Made by a program: the position numbers and the translations under genes. From positions 960,001 through 992,000 of the forward strand of contig OZ245922.1 of the NCBI GenBank assembly GCA_965229705.1: a stretch of 32,000 nucleotides of DNA, read 5' to 3'. Positions 22,437 to 31,210 of this stretch are shown one piece after another. Every line of letters begins with the position of its first letter. Position 1 is the stretch's first letter. The notes beneath the pieces were generated by a model. The model saw only the letters and a program-made list of their open reading frames with translations, searched no databases and was not told where the DNA came from. Origin of the DNA: Candidatus Saccharimonadota bacterium (GTDB lineage: Bacteria > Patescibacteriota > Gracilibacteria > BD1-5 > UBA6164).

Positions 22437-22470
22437 AAACCCCGGGGTATAATACCCCGGGGTTTATTTT
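22437..22470 (+). terminator. strong GC-rich rho-independent terminator closing the first Fo module
   Basis: An 11-bp stem AAACCCCGGGG / CCCCGGGGTTT with a TATAATA loop, followed by ATTTT. This is one of the most GC-rich segments I noticed in the window. Confidence 0.85.
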
Positions 22471-22672
22471 GAGTGGAGGTTGGTGTGAACTCGAAGATTT
22501 TTTCTTCTTTACATACTCATAAATCCAATACAATAAAAAGTAAGATATATTCTCTTGCTTTTTCATGCTCAAAATCTCTCTCAAAATCTTTGTAATAATT
22601 CTCTGAAATTTATTTGCGTTTCTCACTCTTTGACTTATACTTGGGCGCGTTTTTAATGCAGAGGCACAATGG

Positions 22673-22780
22673 ATGATAATCATGATGGTTCTTTCCATAC
22701 TTCCCCTGTACTGGTTTCTCATCAGCGTTATGAGAAATTTTCGAAAAGAATCAGAATTATTATATAAAGATCCAGAGTAA
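22673..22780 (+). CDS. possible small hydrophobic AtpZ/AtpI-like leader protein (35 aa)
   Basis: The peptide is MIIMMVLSILPLYWFLISVMRNFRKESELLYKDPE. Its TAA directly abuts the atpB ATG at 22781. It is called from position and hydrophobicity only. Confidence 0.3.
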   Translation: MIIMMVLSILPLYWFLISVMRNFRKESELLYKDPE

Positions 22781-23620
22781 ATGGCTGAAGCATATCCTGA
22801 AAAAACAGATACCACTCCTATTGGAGAAACCTCTCACGCGCAGTCACATCATGAGTGACCACATATTCCTTTAATACAAGGAGAGACTGTGTATGGTCCG
22901 ATTTCTAATACGACACTTACCAGTTTTATATTTTTGGTTATTGTCTTTTTTGTTGCTATTTCAGCAAAGAAAGCCCTCCTCAATAATAAAAAATCAAAAC
23001 CCAAGCTCTTTTTTCTCACTTTTGTAAAATTTTTTGATGATCAGCTTCGAGATGCTTTTGGAAATAAGAAAATGGCAAGAGCCTATTTTCCCCTCATCGT
23101 AGGAATGTTTTTTCTCATACTTTTTGGAAATCTCTTTTGACTCCTCATAGACTGGTTTGGTCTTTCAGTTATGCCAAATATCCTTTACTACTTGAGACCT
23201 ATGCATAGTGACATGAATACTACTCTTGTACTTGCGAGTATTACCGTTGTAATACTTCTCACAATACAGATAAAAACTCATGGGACAGGAGGAATGCTCA
23301 AATCATATTTATGGAACTTTCAGGGAGACGGCATCATGTCAAAATGTATAAATGTCTTTGTTGGATGGCTTCATCTTATTGGTATTCCAGCGACTCTAGC
23401 ATCTCTTTCTCTTCGTTTATTTGGAAATATTTTTGCGGGAATCGTTTTGATTGGAGTGATAAGTTATTTGATGGCATGAGCAACATGAGCAGTTTTTGAG
23501 ATTGGAAGATTGGCAGTAATACCGTTTTGGTTTTTTGAAGTATTTGTCGCGCTGATTCAGGCGATCGTTTTTACATTTTTGATGATTGCATACTTTAAGT
23601 GAGCAAGCGAACACCACTAA
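22781..23620 (+). CDS. atpB: ATP synthase Fo subunit a (main operon)
   Basis: ATG 22781, in frame with track ORFs 22889 and 23171. It contains LSLRLFGNIFAG and the C-terminal ALIQAIVFTFLMIAYF. There are several in-frame TGA. Confidence 0.9.
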
Positions 23621-23689
23621 AAAGTAAGATACATATTTTCTCTTTATTTTTCAAGAAGAGAAAATATAATTTTATTTTTTATACTATAA

Positions 23690-23920
<231 letters not shown>

Positions 23921-24036
23921 ATATGCAGAAGCTTTGTGCTTCTTTGCTCTCGCTTTGCAGTGTGCTTCGCGGGATGAGTAAAAAGAATAGATGAGTTTTT
24001 ACATGCAAAAAGTATTTTTATTATGTGAGCATCACT

Positions 24037-24045
24037 TGGTATAAT
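24037..24045 (+). promoter_or_regulatory. candidate extended -10 promoter element inside the atpE-atpF spacer
   Basis: TGGTATAAT (the TGnTATAAT form) lies about 60 nt upstream of the atpF ATG. Confidence 0.3.
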
Positions 24046-24107
24046 ATTTTTTACTCTGTATCTCATTATCTTTAAGTATTTTTAATAAGTAATTTATAAT
24101 TGATTTT

Positions 24108-24608
24108 ATGGCAGCACAACAAGCCCAAGGACTTATAAATCTTCAATTTGTCACAGTAGAAACATTTATTATTCAGTTTATTATACTCTTAGTAGTATTA
24201 TGGGTATTGAATAAATTTGTTTTCAAACCATATCTTGCGTATCTCGATGAATGGGAGGCAAAACAAGAAAAGGTGCAAGAAGACTATAATAACGCTGAAA
24301 AAATACTTGAAGAAAAGCGTCAACAGTGAGATAAGATGCTCGAGAATGCTCGCATGAAATGAAACCTACTCATAGAAGAGTCGGAAACACTTGCAAAACA
24401 AAAAAAGGAAAAAATACTTCTTGATGCTGAGACAGAAGCTCAAAATGCTGTAAACGCTGGACAGAAACAAATAGAACAAGAACGCCGATGAATGCTTTCG
24501 GATATGAAAGAAAATGTTATGAACCTGGCACTTAAACTCAATGAGAAACTTTTTCAAGATGAAAAAGCCTCAAAAGATTTTATGAAAAAGCATATAGATA
24601 CCCTTTAA
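24108..24608 (+). CDS. atpF: ATP synthase Fo subunit b (main operon)
   Basis: It has a TM helix (FIIQFIILLVVLWVLNKFVF) and then a charged helix. Track ORF 24108 is extended through 3 TGA to the TAA at 24606. Confidence 0.85.
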
Positions 24609-24620
24609 TAACTGATATAC

Positions 24621-24968
24621 ATGCAATACATTGATACGCTTGATGCATCTTCCGCAACGGTAGTGCTTTGAGAACTCAAAAAATACGCTGAACTGAGAAA
24701 GAAGCTCGGAAAAAGAGGGAGAGATCTTTTTCATCGCAAACTTAGTGGTCAAAAACATCTTGTTGTAGAGCATGCGCAAAGCGTCTCTGAGGATATGGCG
24801 TGGCAGCACGCTGAGTGAGTATTTGAAAAAACTTTTTGACACAAGACAGAAAAACGGCAGGTAGTATTTGTTCCTCGATCATCTCTCAAAGGCTGAATGA
24901 AAGTATATCTTGATGATATGATGGTTGATGTGAGCTTTAAAAAAGTAGAAAAACACATGCAAAAATAA
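24621..24968 (+). CDS. atpH: short ATP synthase delta (OSCP)-like subunit, 115 aa
   Basis: It occupies the delta position between b and alpha. The C-terminal VVFVPRSSLKGGMKVYLDDMMVDVSFKKVEKHM matches the conserved delta C-terminal pattern (P..L.GG..v..gd...D.S). The N-terminal domain is much shorter than usual. Confidence 0.6.
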
Positions 24969-25002
24969 AAAACATAATTTTATAATCTAAACAAAATAAA
25001 AT

Positions 25003-26508
25003 ATGTCACAAGATGTATTACAGTCAATTATCTCTGAAATAGAGGCAAAGATAGATTCTACTGATTTTTCTCCTGAGATTGAAAATGTTGGAGAAGTTTT
25101 TTATCTCTGAGATGGAGTTGCAAAAGTATCAGGACTAAGAGGAGCAAAATACAATGAAGTCTTGGAGTTTGATTCTGGAGCAACAGGAGTAGCTCTCAAT
25201 CTTGAGGATCACTTTGTTGGTGTAGTGATTCTCTCGGGTTTTGCTAGTGTAAAAGAGGGAGAAAAAGTTACTTCTACCGGGAAAACACTTGAGGTACCAG
25301 TTGGAAAGGAGATGATAGGAAGAGTTGTTGATGCTCTTGGAAGACCGATCGATGGACTTTGAGAGATAGCTACAAAGGAGCATTATCCAGTAGAGAGAAC
25401 CGCAGAATGAGTAATGGCTCGTAAGTCGGTTCATGAACCTATGGAGACAGGTATCAAGGCGGTTGATGCGCTCGTACCTATTGGACGAGGACAGCGTGAA
25501 CTTATTATTGGTGATAGGCAAACAGGAAAAACACAGGTAGCAATAGATACGATTCTCAACCAAAAAGGTCAAAATATGATGTGTGTGTATGTTGCTATTG
25601 GTCAAAAAGAAGGAAAAGTATCACGAACAGTAGAAGAACTCCGAAAGAGAGGGGCTATGGACTACACTATTGTTGTTTCAGCAGGGGCTTCAGAACCAGC
25701 AGCAATGCAGTATCTTGCTCCATATACAGGGTGTGCTATGGCTGAGTACTTTATGTACAACAGTCAGCACGCACTTATTATTTATGATGATCTCTCAAAA
25801 CAGGCAACGGCGTATCGTGAAATGTCTCTCCTCCTCAGAAGACCACCAGGACGAGAGGCGTATCCGGGAGATGTATTTTTTCTTCACTCACGACTTTTGG
25901 AAAGAGCTGCCAAACTCTCAGATGAAAAAGGTGCTGGATCTATGACAGCGCTTCCGATTATTGAAACGCAAGCAGGTGATGTATCTGCTTATATCCCGAC
26001 GAATGTGATTTCTATTACTGATGGGCAGATATTTCTCGACTCAAACCTCTTTAACTCAGGACAAAAACCAGCGATATCAGTAGGTCTTTCAGTTTCACGA
26101 GTTGGATGATCAGCGCAGATGAAAGCCATGAAAAAAAATTCTGGAACACTCAAACTTGATCTTGCTCAGTATCGTGAACTTGCAGCATTTTCACAATTTG
26201 CTTCTGATCTTGATGAGGCAACGAGAGCCCAGCTAGACAGAGGAGCTCGTATGATGGAACTTCTCAAACAAGGGCTTAATGCTCCAGTACCAGTACCAAA
26301 ACAGGTATGTGCACTCTATGCGGGAGGAAAAGGATATCTTGATGGTATTTCAGTAGAAAAGGTTTTGAAATTTGAAGAAGATTTACACGCTGCTCTTGAT
26401 CAGGATAAGAAAGTACTTGAGACGCTTGCAAATGAGAAAAATCTCTCAGAAAATACAGAAAAAGATCTGGTAAAGATCATAGAAAAAGTAGTTGAGTTAC
26501 ATAAGTAA
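25003..26508 (+). CDS. atpA: ATP synthase F1 alpha subunit
   Basis: ATG 25003. It has Walker A GDRQTGKT and [25 protein letters not shown]. The TGA at 26107-26109 falls in SVSRVG-G-SAQ. It joins track ORFs 25162, 25414 and 26119. Confidence 0.95.
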
Positions 26509-26513
26509 AAAAC

Positions 26514-26645
26514 ATGTTCAATTCTGAAAAAGGAATCGTTGATTTTGACATAGATGGTAATGTTGTAGAGATAGAAATGTTTTGAGTAAAGAAGACTTTT
26601 GCGAAAAATAATATTTTTCTTGATCAAAAAGAATTAATAGCATAA
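26514..26645 (+). CDS. DUF2283-like mini-ORF (43 aa), possibly a remnant
   Basis: The peptide MFNSEKGIVDFDIDGNVVEIEMFGVKKTFAKNNIFLDQKELIA has a core vDfD.dGnvvgiEi that resembles DUF2283 small proteins. It starts 6 nt after the atpA stop. Confidence 0.3.
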
Positions 26646-26666
26646 ATGTAAACTTTTTACTTTTAT

Positions 26667-26698
26667 CTTTTAACCTTAGACTTTCCACTTTAAACTTT
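26667..26698 (+). repeat. left copy of a perfect 32-nt direct repeat bracketing the two TA cassettes
   Basis: CTTTTAACCTTAGACTTTCCACTTTAAACTTT is identical at 26667-26698 and 27727-27758; I checked this base by base. Confidence 0.9.
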
Positions 26699-26760
26699 CC
26701 ACTATTGAGAAATACAAAAAAAATATATAATAGAGGCAGTATTTTCTAAAAAAAATTATG
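26695..26760 (+). promoter_or_regulatory. conserved promoter/operator block of TA cassette 1
   Basis: CTTTCCACTATTGAGAAATAC-A8-TATATAATAGAGGCAGTATTTTCTAAAAAAAATTATG contains TTGAGA (26705-26710) and TATAAT (26726-26731). It is nearly identical to 27234-27300. Confidence 0.55.
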
Positions 26761-26955
26761 GCAACAATACAAGTTGAGTTACCTGAACAAGTACAAGATA
26801 CATTTAAAATATCAGAAGAGCCAATAACAACAGAAGACTTTCTGACTCGTCTTGAACAAGCAGAAGAAGACATGTGGATTGATATAGAGTTAGATGAACC
26901 AATATCTATGCAAGAATTTTCCAGGATGCTAAAAAAAGATATTTATGGTTCCTAA
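26758..26955 (+). CDS. putative antitoxin 1 (small acidic protein, family not recognised)
   Basis: A 65-aa acidic ORF, MATIQVELPEQVQDTF...DEPISMQEFSRMLKKDIYGS. Its 3' end overlaps the RelE/ParE toxin start by 11 nt, which is classic type II TA architecture. Confidence 0.6.
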   Translation: MATIQVELPEQVQDTFKISEEPITTEDFLTRLEQAEEDMWIDIELDEPISMQEFSRMLKKDIYGS

Positions 26956-27184
26956 ATGGCTGAAAATTATTCAAAAATCACCATATGAATCTCAACTACA
27001 AAAAGTTTCTGAGAATATCGTTTTAGGGGATTTTCGATGATTAGATATTAAGAAGATACGATGAAAGTTTTGAATATATAGGTGTAGAGTGTGAGACTAT
27101 AGAATTATTTTTGAGGAGAGAGTAAATGGTGAATACAAAATTCTCCACATAGGAGGAAGAGGAGATATTTACAAAAATATATAG
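26945..27184 (+). CDS. RelE/ParE superfamily toxin 1
   Basis: With 4 TGA read as Gly the sequence is MVPKWLKIIQKSPYESQLQKVSENIVLGDFRGLDIKKIRGKFGIYRCRVGDYRIIFEERVNGEYKILHIGGRGDIYKNI. The yRxRvGdYRiiF...RgdiY signature of RelE/ParE toxins is clear, and the Gly of RVGDYR is a TGA. Confidence 0.8.
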
Positions 27185-27233
27185 TATACTTTCCACTTTA
27201 AACTTTCTACTTTAAACATCTTTTAACTTTTCG

Positions 27234-27300
27234 CTTTCCACTATTGAGAAATACAAAAAAAGTATATAATAGAGACAGTATTTTCTAAAAAGAAATTATG
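27234..27300 (+). promoter_or_regulatory. conserved promoter/operator block of TA cassette 2
   Basis: It is the same block as 26695-26760, differing by 3 substitutions and one single-base indel. It contains TTGAGA (27244-27249) and TATAAT (27265-27270). Confidence 0.55.
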
Positions 27301-27492
27301 GTTGTAATGGAGGTAGAGGTTCCACAAAAAATAGCAGAATCGTTTTTTGAATCAAAACAAAGAATTAGCTATGCTGACTTGAGGAAAAAAGAACAAGAAA
27401 TCGAGGCGACAGAGTGGACGGACGTTATGTTTGATGAGCCTGTCCCTATAGAAGAATTTAGTGTCTACCTCAAAAAACAAATACATGGTTAA
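27298..27492 (+). CDS. putative antitoxin 2 (paralog of antitoxin 1)
   Basis: The sequence MVVMEVEVPQKIAESF...DEPVPIEEFSVYLKKQIHG shares the VxVPxxI...W.D...DEP...EFS..LKK.I.G skeleton with antitoxin 1 but is otherwise diverged. Confidence 0.6.
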   Translation: MVVMEVEVPQKIAESFFESKQRISYADLRKKEQEIEATEWTDVMFDEPVPIEEFSVYLKKQIHG

Positions 27493-27722
27493 AAAATGGC
27501 AGAAAACGATAAAAAAAGCTCCGAATAAAGAAAAAATTAATGAAGTAATTGATAAGATATTTAGTACAAGATTTTCAGGAATTAGATATCGATATACTTC
27601 ATGGAAAAGAAAAGCACTTTCGTTGTAGAATATGAGATTTTAGAATCATATTTTCCAAGAAAAATGGAAAAATAGAGATAGAGGGAGCCGGACATAGATG
27701 AGATGTTTACAAAAATATATAG
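27485..27722 (+). pseudogene. RelE/ParE toxin 2, disrupted by a +1 frameshift
   Basis: The frame from the ATG at 27485 gives MVKKWQKTIKKAPNKEKINEVIDKIFSTR and then runs into a TAG. The conserved C-terminal part DFQELDIDILHGKEKHFRCRIGDFRIIFSKKNGKIEIEGAGHRGDVYKNI is in the +1 frame from 27570 to the TAG at 27720. Relative to toxin 1 there is one extra base near 27566-27570. Confidence 0.7.
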
Positions 27723-27726
27723 TATA

Positions 27727-27758
27727 CTTTTAACCTTAGACTTTCCACTTTAAACTTT
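27727..27758 (+). repeat. right copy of the perfect 32-nt direct repeat
   Basis: It is identical to 26667-26698 and lies immediately after the toxin 2 stop. Confidence 0.9.
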
Positions 27759-27806
27759 TAACTTGTAACTTTAAGCTTTAAACTTTTAACTTATAACTTG
27801 TAACTT
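27752..27806 (+). repeat. tandem TAAC/TAAAC-rich repeat directly upstream of atpG
   Basis: AAACTTTTAACTTGTAACTT (27752-27771) and AAACTTTTAACTTATAACTT (27780-27799) have a 28-nt period. An extra GTAACTT follows, and the repeat ends 3 nt before the atpG GTG. Confidence 0.75.
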
Positions 27807-27809
27807 CCC

Positions 27810-28715
27810 GTGGCAAACGCAAAAGAAATAGGACGAAAAATTTGAAGTATTAAAAATACCTCAAAAATCACCAAAGCAATGGAACTCATCTCAACAGTGA
27901 AGATGAAGAAAGCTCAAGACCTTGCAATGCAAAAAAAAGACTTTGTGATAGAAATGCTGAAAGTATTTTCTCGTATTGAAGGTTTTTTAGAAGATTTTTC
28001 ATATTTTCAAAAATATGAGAGTCAGAAAACTCTGGGGATCATTATCACTTCAAATAAAGGTTTATGTGGAGGGTATAATGTAAATGTTTTAAAAAAAGTA
28101 CATGAGTACACAAAACAAAATCCAGATGAAGATATGGACTATATCAGTCTTGGGAAAAAAGCAGCAGCCTTTGTAACTCGAACAGGAAATACGCTTCATG
28201 CAGATTTTTCTCCAGAGTATACAGATAATATTGATACACGCTTTGTAAAATCTCTCACGCAGACTATGTATGATGCCTATCTTTCTGGAAAATATGGGAA
28301 GGTTGTAGTGTTTTATAACTACTATGTCAACTCTATTAAACAAATTCCGGTTGCCCGAGAGTTTCTTCCTATTGATGCTCAGGGAGTACGAAACTATCTT
28401 GAGAGCATTATTGATGACGAAAAGGTTCTTGAAGATATAGGAAGCGAGACTATAGATTATATTATAGAACCAAGCTCAGAGTCTATTGCTGATGATCTTA
28501 TACCAATGATTCTTGATATGATGTTTTATGATATTTTACTTCAGGCAAAAGCCTCAGAACACTCAGCAAGAATGGTTGCGATGAAAGCAGCAAAAGACAA
28601 TTCTCAAAAAATTGCGGATATGCTCACACTGCAGTTTAATAAAGCCCGCCAAGGACTCATTACTAGAGAAGTATCTGAGATAGTCGCAGGTGTTGAATCT
28701 CTCAAGGATACCTAA
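27810..28715 (+). CDS. atpG: ATP synthase F1 gamma subunit (GTG start)
   Basis: GTG at 27810 gives (M)[35 protein letters not shown], the conserved gamma N-terminus, in frame with track ORF 27879..28715. The C-terminus is ITREVSEIVAGVESL. Confidence 0.9.
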
Positions 28716-28784
28716 CAATTCTTGAGAGAAGTATTTGAAAAACACGATACAAGAAAGATTTTATTTTTTTACACATATCTTCGT

Positions 28785-29237
28785 ATGAAATATATAAGCA
28801 TAGCTCTCAAGATGATGATAAATATCGCGTTATATTGTATATATGTGATTTGTATTTCTTTTGTTTTTTCTTTCTTTTTCCCTCTAGCACTCAGACTTAT
28901 GGGAAAAAATATTCCACACTACGCAGATCCAGTTTTTGTCAAAATCCAAGTATTTATTGCAGCTCTTGTACTCCTATTGTCCCTTATTTTTCGTAAATAT
29001 CTCTACACTTCCTGTAAGGATAAAAAATATCTTTCTGCAAAAAATCAGAAATCTAGTAGTAATCCAACAACTACTCAAGCTCATAATCATCAAAAAACAG
29101 TGAAAAAAACGGTAAAAACACCAGCAAAGAAAACTCCTGCAAAAGCAAAAAAACCAGTAAAGAAAAGAGCAAGTTCTCAGGCAAAAACAAAAAAAGAAGA
29201 TGATATGAAAATATATGTAGAAAAAGAAATAAAATAA
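28785..29237 (+). CDS. membrane protein with a Lys/Ala/Pro-rich basic C-terminal tail
   Basis: The ATG at 28785 is preferred over the TTG at 28722. It has two hydrophobic helices and then KTVKKTVKTPAKKTPAKAKKPVKKRASSQAKTKKEDD, a histone H1-like low-complexity tail. No family recognised. Confidence 0.5.
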   Translation: MKYISIALKMMINIALYCIYVICISFVFSFFFPLALRLMGKNIPHYADPVFVKIQVFIAALVLLLSLIFRKYLYTSCKDKKYLSAKNQKSSSNPTTTQAHNHQKTVKKTVKTPAKKTPAKAKKPVKKRASSQAKTKKEDDMKIYVEKEIK

Positions 29238-29244
29238 TTTCGGG

Positions 29245-29301
29245 ATTTATTCAAATCCTCAAGTAAAAGAATTATTCTTTTGTTTGATCTTTTGAATAAA
29301 T
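29245..29301 (+). terminator. nested AT-rich hairpins after the Lys-rich protein gene
   Basis: The outer inverted repeat is TTTATTCAAA (29246-29255) / TTTGAATAAA (29291-29300). The inner hairpin is AAAAGAA-TTA-TTCTTTT (29264-29280). Confidence 0.4.
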
Positions 29302-29381
29302 ACACATACAAAAAGGAATATCGAGACCGGTCTCGAGTTCCAAATATTTAGTAACAGGAGACCGGTCTCTCTCAAGAAAAG

Positions 29382-29780
29382 ATGTTACTACGAGTATATA
29401 CAGATTGAGGATCTAGAGGGAACCCATGAGTGGCAGGCCTAGGAGTGTATATAGTGGACAAAGAGGGAACACCTCTTGAGAGACGCTATAAGTATCTCGG
29501 AACGACGACCAATAATATCGCCGAGTATACAGGGGCATTCTATGGAATAAAAAGAGCTCTTGAGCTCTGAGCTACACAGATAGAACTCTATATGGATTCA
29601 AAACTGGTTATATCGCAACTCAAGGGAGAGTGGAAGGTAAAAGACGCTGAGCTCAAAAAAATTTATTTAGAGATTCTCCAGTTAGTATGAGACAGAGATG
29701 TGAGCTATAACTGGATCCCAAGAGAGCAAAATACTGAGGCAGATGCACTCAGTAATAAAGCTATGGACGAAAAGATCTAA
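29382..29780 (+). CDS. rnhA: ribonuclease HI family protein
   Basis: The sequence is MLLRVYTDGGSRGNPGVAGLGVYIV...TNNIAEYTGAFYGIKRALELG...ELYMDSKLVISQL...NTEADALSNKAM. The DEDD catalytic pattern (YTDGG, AEY, MDS, EADAL) is present. There are 4 in-frame TGA, two of them in the DGG/NPG Gly positions. Confidence 0.85.
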
Positions 29781-29807
29781 AAATAATTATTAAACATATT
29801 TTATCCT

Positions 29808-31199
<1,392 letters not shown>

Positions 31200-31210
31200 T
31201 AATAAACACT

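Noticed and set aside
22435-22815. 126-aa minus-strand ORF spanning the gap between the two atp gene sets
   Set aside because: It runs through the GC-rich terminator hairpin and overlaps the atpB start. Its sequence is low-complexity with no motif. The plus-strand interpretation (terminator, spacer, small hydrophobic ORF, atpB) explains the region better.
27723-27809. Short tandem repeats upstream of atpG as a possible CRISPR array
   Set aside because: There are only two 20-nt units with a 28-nt period. There are no unique spacers of CRISPR length and no cas genes. The repeats are AT-rich variations of the TAAAC/TAAC motif seen in the cassette junctions.
29323-29369. Back-to-back GGTCTC sites as proof of a synthetic or cloning artefact
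   Set aside because: The flanking sequence is continuous native-looking AT-rich spacer with table-25 genes on both sides, and no vector-like sequence is visible. The point is kept as a caveat under the palindrome finding rather than treated as established.
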